Counted from the first letter of the stretch, positions 19,776-30,358 are shown. The stretch is DNA of 64,000 nucleotides from Muribaculum sp. (GCA_023663505.1 JAMPHH010000011.1:1747-65746), one strand, 5' to 3'. Program-made: numbers and translations. The notes: a model not told the origin generated them from the letters alone.

Positions 19776-20645
19776 ATGCAGACAGTCATTCGTTCAGGCA
19801 GCGCCGCGAGTCCGGTGTTGCGGCAGAATTCAGAGGGAGCCTTGGAATATCTGACCTTTCCGTCGTTGGAGCGGACAGGGGTTGTGGGGCATCTTTTTAC
19901 CACGAGGACAGGGGGTGTCAGCCGCGGGATTTACAGCTCTATGAACCTTAGCTTTACAAGGGGGGACGAGGAGACGGCGGTGTCAGAGAATTATCGCCGT
20001 ATCGGTCAGGTTCTGGGCTGCGCGCCGGAGCGTATGGTGGCGTCTCACCAGACCCATACCACCAATATCCGTCTTGTGACGGAGGCGGATTGCGGCAAGG
20101 GGATTGTGCGTGAGCGGGATTATGATAATGTGGACGGTCTGATCACGGACACGCCGGGCATATGCCTTGTGACCTATTATGCGGATTGTGTCCCGCTGTA
20201 TCTGGTTGACCCTGTGAGGCGGGCTATCGGGCTGGCGCATTCCGGCTGGCGGGGGACGGTCAACCGCATGGGGGAGTGCATGGTGCGGCAGATGCAGGAG
20301 AGCTTTGGCAGCAGACCCTCAGATCTGATTGCGGCGATCGGACCCTCGATCTGTGTGGACTGTTATGAGGTCAGCGAAGATGTGGCTTCGCAGTTTGAGG
20401 TGCAGTTTCGCGGCACGGAGGTGGTCAGACAGGGCAGAGCCGCGGGGAAATATCAGTTGGATCTGTGGCTTGCCAATCAACTGATCCTCATGCAGGCGGG
20501 GGTTTTGGAGGAGCAGATATCGGTGACGGATCTCTGCACCTGCCACAATCCTGATTACCTTTTTTCCCATAGGGCAAGTCAGGGCAAGAGGGGGAATCTT
20601 GCGGCATTTTTATATATTCTTAATAAATTTACAGAGAAAGCTTAA
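19776..20645 (+). CDS. pgeF: Peptidoglycan editing factor PgeF (YfiH/laccase-like)
   Basis: FTTR.GGVS, QTHT, DGLIT, YADCVP, HSGWRGT, IGPSI, CT.....FSHR. Confidence 0.92.
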   Translation: MQTVIRSGSAASPVLRQNSEGALEYLTFPSLERTGVVGHLFTTRTGGVSRGIYSSMNLSFTRGDEETAVSENYRRIGQVLGCAPERMVASHQTHTTNIRLVTEADCGKGIVRERDYDNVDGLITDTPGICLVTYYADCVPLYLVDPVRRAIGLAHSGWRGTVNRMGECMVRQMQESFGSRPSDLIAAIGPSICVDCYEVSEDVASQFEVQFRGTEVVRQGRAAGKYQLDLWLANQLILMQAGVLEEQISVTDLCTCHNPDYLFSHRASQGKRGNLAAFLYILNKFTEKA

Positions 20646-20757
20646 TTTATTCTTTATTTTTATATGTTATAATATGACCATATTCATGGCAGGAAACGGC
20701 CGAATGGCCATAAATGCATGGTTGAATACAAAGGGAGATTGAGCGAGGATTGATTTT

Positions 20758-21450
20758 ATGGCAAATATATTAGTGTGTGATGATGACAGGGAGATTGTGG
20801 ACGCGATAGAGATTTATCTGAGTCAGGACGGCTATCATATCTACAAGGCGTATGACGGGGAGCAGGCGATCGGGCTGTTAAAGAAAGAGGATATCCACCT
20901 GTTGATCATGGATATCATGATGCCCAAGCTGGACGGTATCCGCGCCACGCTGAAGATTCGGGAGTACAGCAGTATCCCTATTATTATGCTGTCCGCCAAG
21001 TCGGAGGATACGGACAAGATTCTGGGGCTGAATATCGGTGCAGATGACTATATCACGAAGCCGTTTAATCCGTTGGAGCTGGTGGCGAGGGTGAAGTCCA
21101 ATCTGCGCCGTTATACCTCACTGGGCAGCTTGGACGGCGGGGGAAAGTCTGTCTATCAGGTGGGCGGACTTGTGGTGAATGATGAGAATAAGCAGGTGTT
21201 CGTTGATGACGAGCCGGTAAAGCTGACGCCCATAGAGTACAATATTTTGCTGCTGTTGATGAAGAATCAGGGGAGGGTGTTCTCCATTAACCAGATTTAT
21301 GAGAGCATCTGGAACGAGGACGCCGTCGGCGCAGACAATACGGTGGCGGTGCATATCCGTCATATCCGCGAGAAGATAGAGATTAATCCCAAGGAGCCAA
21401 AGTATTTGAAGGTGGTCTGGGGCGTGGGCTATAAAATAGACAATCAATAG
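20758..21450 (+). CDS. OmpR-family response regulator
   Basis: Receiver domain (DDD, MDIMMP, KPF) plus winged helix (VAVHIRHIREKIE, VWGVGYK). Confidence 0.95.
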   Translation: MANILVCDDDREIVDAIEIYLSQDGYHIYKAYDGEQAIGLLKKEDIHLLIMDIMMPKLDGIRATLKIREYSSIPIIMLSAKSEDTDKILGLNIGADDYITKPFNPLELVARVKSNLRRYTSLGSLDGGGKSVYQVGGLVVNDENKQVFVDDEPVKLTPIEYNILLLLMKNQGRVFSINQIYESIWNEDAVGADNTVAVHIRHIREKIEINPKEPKYLKVVWGVGYKIDNQ

Positions 21451-21460
21451 GAGCTAATGC

Positions 21461-21600
21461 GAAAAATCAAAGATTTTTCACTTTTGATTTGAGCAATATC
21501 ACAGACTATGTCTGCGATATGCAAGGGGATAGGTTGAAAAATCAAAGATTTTTCAACCAGAAATTTGTGCTTGCGCCCAAATTTCGCAGATTGCGGAAAG
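21461..21600. repeat. Family B palindromic repeat copy between the RR and HK genes
   Basis: 21529-21600 is nearly identical to the 18774 unit; a partial GAAAAATCAAAGATTTTTC lies at 21461. Confidence 0.85.
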
Positions 21601-21614
21601 GCATGATTATTATT

Positions 21615-24365
21615 ATGGAAAAGCATACCTTAAAGAGGTTGATATTAGGGCTGATACAGCATTTGTTGGCAATGTGTATTATGATCGCATTGGCGGCGAT
21701 ACTGTTCAATTCCTATCTGACGGTTCAAACCATGGACGGACCTACCACCTATGCGCTTGCGCCGCTTGACACGGAGCCTGTGTTTGAGGACAGCGACCTG
21801 TTCAATGATATCTTTCGGACGGCGGTGGCGGATATTACCAGACTGGTGGTGATCAAGGGACAGCTAGAGACGGAAGGGGAGTTTGACTCGTCCAAGCTGA
21901 TCGACGTGACGGAGTATGCGGGGCGTAAGGGAACGGGGGGAGACTGCCCTGTCACGGCGGTATACGAGCTTGAGGACTTGATCAAATGGGGCAGGAACGG
22001 CATGGAGTACACGAATCGCGCCATGAGCATGTCGGATTTTGTCAATTATTTTGGTCCTGCGTTATCTGTGGCTAATTTTGCGCTGAGCGAGGACGGCGAG
22101 CTGATCTTTATAGGTTTTCGCGATGAGGCGTTCGTTCCGGAGTTCAAGAGATATTACAGCATGAGTGTGGCTGTAAATGGCAATGAGGGTGGCGAGGAGA
22201 GCGGCGAGGAGGATATCGAGGCGGTGCAGAACGCCATGGCTCTCTACACGGAGGAGCAGCTTGAGGATATGGCATTTTCCTATATTCTGCAGGAGCTTCC
22301 GGAGAATCTGATCGATGTTTCCAGAGAAGATGACGGCAGCGTGACAGTTTATTTTCCCATGCTGAACGGACGTTATGAGACCACGGACAAGGAGAAGCGC
22401 ATTACCGCGTATGCAGGCAACTGGATTGAGTATATGCAGCTGCAGAGCAATATCGAGGAGGCTGTGAACGGTCTCTATACAAGCTACGGCTTATACCAGA
22501 ATTGTAACAGCCTGTATCAGTCTAACACTAATCTGAAATATGTGGTTCGGGTGGTGACTGATGACGGTATCATGCGGACTTACACCAATCAGGAGGAGAT
22601 GGCGGGGCTCTCGGACAATCTGATCACGGAGTATTTCGCTGAGTACAGGCGTTATTTTATTTATTATCCTGACAGTCTGGAATTCACGGGAAATGTGAAT
22701 CTGACGGAGGCGAACATTCATGAATACCTGAGCGAGTATGATTATGCATATCCCGACAACACGCAAATATGGGTTGGGGTAGACACCTCCTATGAGATGC
22801 GGGGAGACGCTTTTTACAGCGCACATATTTTGTTTGAAAATATCGTGCCTAATATCACGGGGATCATCGTGTCGATAAGCTTCCTTTTTGGCTTGTGGCT
22901 TCTTATTCTGGGGCATCTGACCGTGACGGCGGGAGTGGCATATGACGAGAAGGGGAAGCTGACCCATTATTTAAACAGCTTTGACCATATTTGGACAGAG
23001 GTTTTTGTGGGGTTCTTTATTCTCCTTAGATATGGGGCGTCCTATGGCTATCGGTATTTGCTCGCGGTGGCGGACAGGGTATATGAGAACCACGCGCTGA
23101 ACACCATGGGGGTGTCAAAGGCGCAGATTTATGAGTATGGTTCCTTTGCCCTGTATGGCGCTTTGCTCAGCATGTGTCTGTGCATTCTCTGGTACAGTCT
23201 GGTGCGGCGCGTGAAGTCGGGCAATCTGTGGCGGGACAGCCTGATACACTGGATACTGGTTTCTTTTCGCCGTGCGATCGGTTTTGTGCTGTCTCATCGG
23301 AATTCCGCCGTGAGCACGTTGATTCCCTACAATGCCTTTCTGATGATGAATCTGTTCGGGTTCTGGGGCTGTATGCGGCTGTGGGGGCGAAGCCCGATAG
23401 GCGCGGTCGTGTCGGGCGGCGTGTTGGTGGTCATAGATGGCTTGGTGGGGGTGCTTTTGTTCCGCCGCAATGGGGAGTGGCTGGACATTGTGGACGCGAT
23501 CAGACATATTCGGGACGGCGAGGTGGATTTTAAGCTTGACGCGGAGTCCCTGCACGGCGGTAATAGGGAGATCGCGGACGCGGTGAATAATATCAGCGAG
23601 GGCATCAGCAAGGCCGTGAGCACGAGCATGAAGGACGAGCAAATGAAGACGGATCTGATCACCAATGTCTCGCATGATATCAAGACGCCTCTCACGTCGA
23701 TTATCAGCTATGTCGATCTGTTAAAAAGGCTTGGCATCGAGGAGGAGCCTGCGAAGGGATATATTGACGTACTGGACAGCAAATCCCAGCGTCTGAAGCA
23801 ATTGACTGATGACTTGGTGGAGGCGTCCAAGCTTTCATCAGGCAATATTGAGCTTGATATGGAGAGACTTAATCTGACAGAGCTGCTCAATCAGGTGATC
23901 GGGGAGTTGTCCGAGCGTCTGGAGGAGCGTGGGCTTCAGATTTTCTTTGACGGGGGCGAGCGTCCCGCTTATATTTATGCGGACAGCCGCAGGATGTGGC
24001 GCGTGATGGAGAATCTTTTCAACAATATGTATAAATACGCGTTGGAAAATACGAGAGTATACATTGATCTGGTTGTGGAGGAGCATGAGGGCGGCAATAT
24101 CGTTGAGGCTTCCCTGAAAAATATTTCCGAGCGGCAGATGAATATCAAGGCTGCGGATCTGACAGAGCGGTTTATTCGGGGAGATGATGCCAGAAGCACA
24201 GAAGGGTCAGGTCTGGGGCTCTATATCACGAAGAATCTGGTTCATGCGCAGAACGGAGAGTTTGACATCAAATTGGACGGGGACTTGTTCAAGGCGGTGA
24301 TTCGTTTTCCGGAAAGTGTGCAGAGCGATTCGGGTGAACAACATTACGGTTCAGCGAAGGGCTGA
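21615..24365 (+). CDS. Membrane sensor histidine kinase with a large extracytoplasmic domain
   Basis: H-box NVSHDIKTPL, N-box ENLFNN..KYA, F-box ERF.RGD, G2 GSGLGL; start at 21603 or 21615 (the longer ORF reads through the repeat). Confidence 0.92.
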   Translation: MEKHTLKRLILGLIQHLLAMCIMIALAAILFNSYLTVQTMDGPTTYALAPLDTEPVFEDSDLFNDIFRTAVADITRLVVIKGQLETEGEFDSSKLIDVTEYAGRKGTGGDCPVTAVYELEDLIKWGRNGMEYTNRAMSMSDFVNYFGPALSVANFALSEDGELIFIGFRDEAFVPEFKRYYSMSVAVNGNEGGEESGEEDIEAVQNAMALYTEEQLEDMAFSYILQELPENLIDVSREDDGSVTVYFPMLNGRYETTDKEKRITAYAGNWIEYMQLQSNIEEAVNGLYTSYGLYQNCNSLYQSNTNLKYVVRVVTDDGIMRTYTNQEEMAGLSDNLITEYFAEYRRYFIYYPDSLEFTGNVNLTEANIHEYLSEYDYAYPDNTQIWVGVDTSYEMRGDAFYSAHILFENIVPNITGIIVSISFLFGLWLLILGHLTVTAGVAYDEKGKLTHYLNSFDHIWTEVFVGFFILLRYGASYGYRYLLAVADRVYENHALNTMGVSKAQIYEYGSFALYGALLSMCLCILWYSLVRRVKSGNLWRDSLIHWILVSFRRAIGFVLSHRNSAVSTLIPYNAFLMMNLFGFWGCMRLWGRSPIGAVVSGGVLVVIDGLVGVLLFRRNGEWLDIVDAIRHIRDGEVDFKLDAESLHGGNREIADAVNNISEGISKAVSTSMKDEQMKTDLITNVSHDIKTPLTSIISYVDLLKRLGIEEEPAKGYIDVLDSKSQRLKQLTDDLVEASKLSSGNIELDMERLNLTELLNQVIGELSERLEERGLQIFFDGGERPAYIYADSRRMWRVMENLFNNMYKYALENTRVYIDLVVEEHEGGNIVEASLKNISERQMNIKAADLTERFIRGDDARSTEGSGLGLYITKNLVHAQNGEFDIKLDGDLFKAVIRFPESVQSDSGEQHYGSAKG

Positions 24366-24373
24366 ACCGTAAC
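24344..24373. repeat. Family A REP hairpin at the convergent HK/prs junction, probably also a terminator
   Basis: TTACGGTTCAGC-GAAGG-GCTGAACCGTAA. Confidence 0.7.
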
Positions 24374-24381
24374 ATGCAGGC

Positions 24382-25581
24382 TTAGAAATCCATATACTCG
24401 ACCTGCTTTCTGTTATTGTATGCCTCCAAAATCCCCTGTATCTTCTCTGTGGTGGCGAGCACGTTGGAGAGAGAGACATCGTGATTCATAAAGTCAATGA
24501 TGGAGGTGACAAACTTACTCATGTCCGCCTCGATAAAATAAGGCTTGGTATAGAGCTCGGGGGGCAGATATGTCAGATCCGTGGTGACAACCTTATCAAA
24601 ATCTCCCTGTTCATAAGCCTCGTCAAATTTGGACAGTCCGTCGGTAAACAATCCAAAGGTACAGCAGATAAACACGCGGCGTGCATTCATTTTCTTGAGC
24701 TGTCTGGCGGTGTCTAACATGCTTCCGCCTGACGAGATCATATCGTCAATGATAATGATGTCCTTGCCGTCGATATTGTCTCCCAGAAACTCATGGGCGA
24801 CAATCGGGTTTTTCCCGTTTTCTATTCGGGAATAATCCCTGCGCTTATAGAACATTCCCGTGTCCACGCCCAACACTGTCGCAAAGTAGATCGCGCGGTC
24901 TAACGCACCCTCGTCAGGGCTGATGACCAGTAAATGCTCCTTGTCGATCAACAGATCGTCCTCGGCGTTCAGGAGAGCCTTGATAAACTGATAGGGCGGT
25001 GTGAAATTGTCGAAGCCGTTCAGCGGCGTGGAGTTAGCGACTCTGGGGTCATGGGCGTCAAAAGTGATGAAATTATCCACTCCCATATTGCTTAGTTCCC
25101 TCAAGGCGTAAGCACAGTCCAAGGATTCGCGGCCGTTTCTCTTGTGCTGACGTCCCTCATACAAAAAGGGCATGATCACATTGATGCGGTGCGCCTTGCC
25201 TGTACAGGCGGCGATTGCGCGCTTTAAGTCCTGATAATGGTCATCAGGGGACATATGGTTGGTATAGCCGTTCATTTCATAGGTGATGCTGTGATTGCAT
25301 ACGTCAACCAACAGAAAGATATCCTTACCGCGGATAGTCTCGCCAAACTCCGCCTTTGCCTCGCCGCTGCCAAAACGGGGAATATGCAGATCCACAAGAT
25401 AATTGTCCTCGATGTAGCCGTGGAAGGCGGGATCGTTCTTTACTTTATCGTTATGGATATTTTTGCGGAAATTCACCATATAGTCATTGACCTGCTGCCC
25501 CAGCTTGGCTGCGGAGGGCAGGGCGGCAATTTTTAACGGCGCTACCGGCATTGCGTTTTCAAGTTCAAGTAGATTAGGCAT
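24382..25581 (-). CDS. prs: Ribose-phosphate pyrophosphokinase (long clostridial form)
   Basis: RFGSGE, MPFLYEGRQH, FDAHD, SPDEG, IDDMISSGGSM. Confidence 0.92.
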   Translation of the reverse strand: MPNLLELENAMPVAPLKIAALPSAAKLGQQVNDYMVNFRKNIHNDKVKNDPAFHGYIEDNYLVDLHIPRFGSGEAKAEFGETIRGKDIFLLVDVCNHSITYEMNGYTNHMSPDDHYQDLKRAIAACTGKAHRINVIMPFLYEGRQHKRNGRESLDCAYALRELSNMGVDNFITFDAHDPRVANSTPLNGFDNFTPPYQFIKALLNAEDDLLIDKEHLLVISPDEGALDRAIYFATVLGVDTGMFYKRRDYSRIENGKNPIVAHEFLGDNIDGKDIIIIDDMISSGGSMLDTARQLKKMNARRVFICCTFGLFTDGLSKFDEAYEQGDFDKVVTTDLTYLPPELYTKPYFIEADMSKFVTSIIDFMNHDVSLSNVLATTEKIQGILEAYNNRKQVEYMDF

Positions 25582-25612
25582 AATTTTCCTCCAGATGTAT
25601 ATGACAAGTCAA

Positions 25613-25695
25613 GTTACAATTCACGCCCTAACCGATTCAGCAATCTTCTGCTTGATGTGCGTGAATTGCAACGAAGATGCACCGTGAATAGTAAC
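25613..25695. repeat. Family A-related REP cluster upstream of prs
   Basis: GTTACAATTCACGC ... GCGTGAATTGCAAC IR; TGCACCGTGAATAGTAAC (25678-25695) is the exact reverse complement of 48909-48926. Confidence 0.75.
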
Positions 25696-25833
25696 CAATT
25701 TAATACCTGACACTTAATTTATAACATTCTGGTAGTGACACGTCAAGAAATTTCTTGTATGATAGTAAAAAGGATATTATAGTTTAGCGAAAGCTGAATT
25801 GTCCAAAAGGACAGACAGGGCGAGGAATACAAG

Positions 25834-27165
25834 ATGGAAAGAGGACATATCGTGAAGGCGGTAGAGGAGGGAAGTATTGCGCAGGAGATGGAGATTGTGG
25901 CGGGGGATAAGCTTCTTGCCGTTAATCAAACGGAGATAGAGGATATTTTTGACTATCAATTCTTGATTCAGGACAGCTATATCGAGGTGTTGGTGGAAAA
26001 GGCTGACGGGGAGCAGTGGCTCTTGGAGATTGACAAGGAGCCGGACGAGGACTTGGGCATCACCTTTGAGAACGGGCTGATGGACGAGTACAGGCACTGC
26101 CATAATCGGTGTATTTTCTGTTTTATCGACCAGATGCCCAAAGGAATGCGGGAGACCCTGTATTTTAAAGATGATGATTCCAGACTTTCCTTTTTGCAGG
26201 GGAATTATGTGACGCTGACCAATATGTCGGAGCATGATATCGACAGAATATGCAGATACCGCCTGTCCCCGATCAATATATCGTTCCAGACCATGAACCC
26301 GAAGCTTCGCTGCGAGATGTTGAACAATCGTTTCGCAGGGGAGGCGCTTGGCAAGGTGGACAGGCTGAACGAGGCGGATATCACCATGAACGGGCAGATC
26401 GTGCTCTGCAAGGGGGTAAATGATGGGGAGGAGCTTGACTTCAGTATCCGCGAGCTGATGAAATACATTCCCAATCTGGAGAGCGTGTCAGTGGTGCCGG
26501 TGGGACTCTCCAAGTACCGTAAGGGGCTGTACCCGTTAGAGCCGTTTACCAAGGAGGATGCGGGGGCTGTTTTGGACACCATACATTCCTATCAAAGGCT
26601 TTGCTATGAGAAGTATGGCATTCATTTTATCCATGCCAGTGATGAATGGTATATTCTCGCGGGGGAGGAGCTGCCGACAGAGGAGCGTTACGACGGGTAT
26701 CCGCAGCTTGAGAATGGTGTGGGAATGCTGCGGCTGCTTCTGGATGAGTTCCATGAAGCATTGGCGGGGGGAGAGCCTGTCGGATTCTCCGAGCGGGTTG
26801 TCTTATCTCTGGCTACGGGGAAGCTGGCATATCCCTATATCCGACAGATGTGTCAGGAGATGATGGAACGGTATCCGTGGCTGGACTTACGGGTATATGA
26901 CATTCAAAATGATTTTTTCGGGGAGATGATCACCGTGTCCGGTCTGCTCACGGGGCAGGATATCAGGGCGCAGCTTCTGGGCAAGGAGCTCGGGTCAGGG
27001 CTGCTTTTGCCGCAGAATATGCTTCGGAGTGGCGAGACGGTCTTTTTGGATGATTTGACGGTAGCAGATTTGGAAGAAACTTTACAAGTTCCGATTTATA
27101 TTGTAAAATCAAATGGATATGACTTTATTGAAACGATTGTCAGAGCCGCACGGACGGCAGGGTAA
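25834..27165 (+). CDS. DUF512 PDZ/radical-SAM-like Fe-S protein
   Basis: N-terminal PDZ-like region, CHNRCIFCF.DQ, KDDDSRLSFLQGNY.TLTN, YPQLENGVG; upstream of der. Confidence 0.88.
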   Translation: MERGHIVKAVEEGSIAQEMEIVAGDKLLAVNQTEIEDIFDYQFLIQDSYIEVLVEKADGEQWLLEIDKEPDEDLGITFENGLMDEYRHCHNRCIFCFIDQMPKGMRETLYFKDDDSRLSFLQGNYVTLTNMSEHDIDRICRYRLSPINISFQTMNPKLRCEMLNNRFAGEALGKVDRLNEADITMNGQIVLCKGVNDGEELDFSIRELMKYIPNLESVSVVPVGLSKYRKGLYPLEPFTKEDAGAVLDTIHSYQRLCYEKYGIHFIHASDEWYILAGEELPTEERYDGYPQLENGVGMLRLLLDEFHEALAGGEPVGFSERVVLSLATGKLAYPYIRQMCQEMMERYPWLDLRVYDIQNDFFGEMITVSGLLTGQDIRAQLLGKELGSGLLLPQNMLRSGETVFLDDLTVADLEETLQVPIYIVKSNGYDFIETIVRAARTAG

Positions 27166-27178
27166 CAGCCACGGCGGG

Positions 27179-27286
27179 GAGAGCTATGGCAATGACGCTA
27201 GAAATGATTATGGCGTCAGAAACGGCCATGGTGTAAGAAACAGCCATGGATAAGGGAAACAACCATGGCGGAGGGAAAGACCATGA
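27179..27286 (+). repeat. Degenerate ~18-19-bp tandem repeats containing ATG at the der start
   Basis: GAAACGGCCATGG (27219), GAAACAGCCATGG (27237), GAAACAACCATGG (27256), GAAAGACCATGA (27275); weaker units at 27179 and 27201. Confidence 0.65.
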
Positions 27287-28620
27287 CAGAGAGAACGATC
27301 AAGCCGATTGTTGCGGTGGTGGGCCGCCCCAATGTGGGTAAATCCACTTTATTTAACGCGCTGGCGGGGGAAAATATAGCAATTGTGAAGGACACTCCCG
27401 GTATCACGAGAGACAGGATCTATGCGGACGTGAGCTGGCTGGATAAGAATTTCACACTGATCGACACCGGAGGTATCGAGCCGGACTCCAAGGATGTGAT
27501 CCTGTCACAGATGCGGGAACAGGCGATGATTGCCATGGAGACCGCAGATGTCATCATTTTCCTGGTAGATGTAAGACAGGGACTGCAGGACGCGGACGCG
27601 AAGGTGGCGGATATGCTGCGCCGTTCCCATAAGCCGGTGGTACTGGTGGTGAACAAGGTTGACAACTTCAATAAATTCATGGCAGACGTCTATGAATTTT
27701 ATAATCTGGGTATCGGGGATCCCCACCCTATATCGGCTGCAAACCGTATGGGGCTTGGCGATATGCTGGAGGAGGTAGTGTCCTACTTCAAGGAGGGAGC
27801 TGCGGAGGATACGGAGGATGAGCGCCCCAGAGTAGCCATTGTGGGCAAGCCCAATGTGGGCAAATCCTCACTGATCAACAAGCTCTTGGGAGAGGACAGG
27901 CTGATCGTCTCGGACATCGCGGGAACCACGAGGGACGCAGTGGACACACAGATCACATACAACGGCAAGGAATACGTGTTTATCGACACGGCGGGTCTGC
28001 GCCGCAAGAATAAGATCAAAGAGGAACTGGAGCGGTATATGATCATCCGCACGGTGAGCGCGGTGGAGAGAGCGGAGATCGTGGTGCTCGTGATCGACGC
28101 CGTGGAGGGAGTCACCGAGCAGGACGCCAAGATTGCCGGAATCGCCCACGACAGAGGAAAAGCGGTGATCATTGCCGTAAATAAATGGGACGCATTGGAA
28201 AAAGATGACAAGACCATTTACCGCTTCACGGAGAAGGTGCGCAGCGTCTTGTCCTACATGCCTTATGCGGAGATCCTGTTCGTGTCCGCCAAGACGGGAC
28301 AACGTCTGCCCAAGCTTTTCGAGACCATAGATATGGTAAGCGAGAACCACGCAATGCGCGTGTCAACGGGCGTGCTGAATGAGATAATGGCGGAGGCGGT
28401 GGCGATGCAGCAGCCCCCGTCTGACAAGGGGAAAAGGCTGCGGCTTTACTATATCACGCAGGTTTCCGTGAAGCCTCCGACCTTTGTTATTTTCGTGAAC
28501 GATAAGGATTTGATGCATTTTTCCTACACCAGATATATTGAGAATCAGATTCGTAATACCTTCGGTTTTAAGGGAACACCCCTGCGGTTTATCATCAGGG
28601 AGCGCAAGGAGAGTAAATAG
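27265..28620 (+). CDS. der: Ribosome biogenesis GTPase Der (EngA)
   Basis: Two G domains (GRPNVGKS, DTGG, NKVD; GKPNVGKS, DTAG, NKWD) plus a KH-like tail; start 27265 or 27283. Confidence 0.97.
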   Translation: MAEGKTMTERTIKPIVAVVGRPNVGKSTLFNALAGENIAIVKDTPGITRDRIYADVSWLDKNFTLIDTGGIEPDSKDVILSQMREQAMIAMETADVIIFLVDVRQGLQDADAKVADMLRRSHKPVVLVVNKVDNFNKFMADVYEFYNLGIGDPHPISAANRMGLGDMLEEVVSYFKEGAAEDTEDERPRVAIVGKPNVGKSSLINKLLGEDRLIVSDIAGTTRDAVDTQITYNGKEYVFIDTAGLRRKNKIKEELERYMIIRTVSAVERAEIVVLVIDAVEGVTEQDAKIAGIAHDRGKAVIIAVNKWDALEKDDKTIYRFTEKVRSVLSYMPYAEILFVSAKTGQRLPKLFETIDMVSENHAMRVSTGVLNEIMAEAVAMQQPPSDKGKRLRLYYITQVSVKPPTFVIFVNDKDLMHFSYTRYIENQIRNTFGFKGTPLRFIIRERKESK

Positions 28621-28644
28621 TATAGGTTTAAGGAGTGGGTTAGC

Positions 28645-29319
28645 ATGGAGCGAGTGATATGCTTGGTGATAGGCTATGTGTTTGGATTGTTCCAGACGGC
28701 ATATTTTTACGGAAAGGCACACGGGATCGACATTCGTGAGCATGGGAGCGGCAACGCGGGCACAACCAACGCCCTGCGGGTTCTGGGTAAAAAGGCGGGG
28801 ATCATAGTCCTTTTGGGAGACTGCGCAAAGTGTATCTTAGCCGTGTGCGTCACCCGCCTGATCTTTGGGGAGAGCCACCCTGACACTATCTATCTGCTGT
28901 GTATCTATGCGGCGGCAGGGGCTATTTTGGGGCATAATTTCCCCTTCTATATGGGGTTTAAGGGGGGAAAGGGCATTGCTGCCACAGCGGGGCTGATTCT
29001 CTCGCTGCACCCCTATTTTATTCCCATGGGTGTGATCGTGTTCTTTGGAATCTTCTTCATCACCCATTATGTGTCGCTGGGGTCTTTGTTGGTATATGTG
29101 GGTTTTATGATCGAGATAGTGGTCTGTGGACAGCTTGGGGTGTTTGCCGGGGCAAGTCAAGCAACATTGTATGAAATGTATGCCGTGTCATTCTGTATGG
29201 CGGCTATGGCGTTCTGGAAGCACCGTGAGAACATCAAGCACTTGGTTCATGGCGAGGAGAGAAAGACCTACCTCACCAAGAAAAACAAGCTGGATGTGGA
29301 GCATAATGAATCACAATGA
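28645..29319 (+). CDS. plsY: Glycerol-3-phosphate acyltransferase PlsY
   Basis: DIREHGSGNAGTTN..R, GH.FP....FKGGKGIA, KHRENI. Confidence 0.95.
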   Translation: MERVICLVIGYVFGLFQTAYFYGKAHGIDIREHGSGNAGTTNALRVLGKKAGIIVLLGDCAKCILAVCVTRLIFGESHPDTIYLLCIYAAAGAILGHNFPFYMGFKGGKGIAATAGLILSLHPYFIPMGVIVFFGIFFITHYVSLGSLLVYVGFMIEIVVCGQLGVFAGASQATLYEMYAVSFCMAAMAFWKHRENIKHLVHGEERKTYLTKKNKLDVEHNESQ

Positions 29320-29341
29320 ATAAAGGAGGAATCGAGGGAGA

Positions 29342-30358
29342 ATGGCAAGGATAAGTATTTTGGGGGGCGGAAGCTGGGGCATTGCCCTCGCGGTGCTGTT
29401 GCATAAGAACGGGCACGAGATCACGGTGTGGTCTGCCGTGGAGTCGGAGTATGAGATGCTCAGGAAAAACCATGAGCACAAAATGCTACCAGGCGTCAAG
29501 CTGTCGAAGGACATGACCTTTACCATGGACGAGGCGGAGGCGGTCGGGGACAGAGACCTGTTGGTTATGGCCGTGGCGAGCTCTTACACACGGGCGACGG
29601 CGGCGCGCTTTCATGATGTTGTGGCGCCGGAACAAAAAATAGTGAATGTGGCAAAGGGGATTGAGGAGCATACGGTGATGACGCTCTCCGAGATCATCGA
29701 GCAGGAGATCCCGCAGGCTGATGTGGCGGTGCTGTCAGGTCCCTCCCATGCGGAGGAGGTGGGCAGAGGGCTTCCGACCTCCGTGGTGGTGGGAGCCAAG
29801 AGCAGAGCTACAGCCGAATACATTCAGAATCTGTTTATGAGCGAGGTCTTTCGCGTGTATACCAGTCCCGATGTGCTGGGGATAGAGCTGGGCGGCTCCT
29901 TAAAGAATGTGGTCGCGCTCGCAGCGGGCATCGCTGACGGCTTGGGCTATGGGGATAACACCAAGGCGGCGCTGATCACGAGGGGCATCACGGAGATTGC
30001 CCGACTTGGCACCGCCATGGGCGGGAGATTCGAGACCTTCTGCGGGCTCACCGGTATCGGGGATCTGATCGTGACCTGTGCGTCCATGCATTCCAGAAAC
30101 CGCCGCGCGGGTATCCTGATCGGACAGGGTAAGACCATGCAGGAGGCAATGGACGAGGTGCAGATGGTCGTGGAGGGTGTGTATTCCGCCAAGGCCGCCA
30201 TGGAGCTTGCAAAGAAATATGATGTTCAGCTCCCCATTATCGAGCAGGTGAACGAGGTGCTGTTTGCGGGTAAGAGCGCGGCTGTGGCTGTGAAGGAGCT
30301 GATGCTGCGGGACAAGAAGTTGGAGATTGCCGATGATCTGTGGCAGGATCAAGCTTGA
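29342..30358 (+). CDS. gpsA: NAD(P)H-dependent glycerol-3-phosphate dehydrogenase
   Basis: GGGSWG.ALA, SGPSHAEEV, KNVVALAAG..DG, GIGDLIVTC.S.HSRN. Confidence 0.96.
   Translation: MARISILGGGSWGIALAVLLHKNGHEITVWSAVESEYEMLRKNHEHKMLPGVKLSKDMTFTMDEAEAVGDRDLLVMAVASSYTRATAARFHDVVAPEQKIVNVAKGIEEHTVMTLSEIIEQEIPQADVAVLSGPSHAEEVGRGLPTSVVVGAKSRATAEYIQNLFMSEVFRVYTSPDVLGIELGGSLKNVVALAAGIADGLGYGDNTKAALITRGITEIARLGTAMGGRFETFCGLTGIGDLIVTCASMHSRNRRAGILIGQGKTMQEAMDEVQMVVEGVYSAKAAMELAKKYDVQLPIIEQVNEVLFAGKSAAVAVKELMLRDKKLEIADDLWQDQA

Noticed and set aside
21489..21614. N-terminal extension of the histidine kinase in the ORF track
   Set aside because: It is read-through of the family B repeat; the likely start is 21603 or 21615. 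Track starts for rnhB, punA, cdd, nrdD, dut and the pilin were trimmed for similar reasons.
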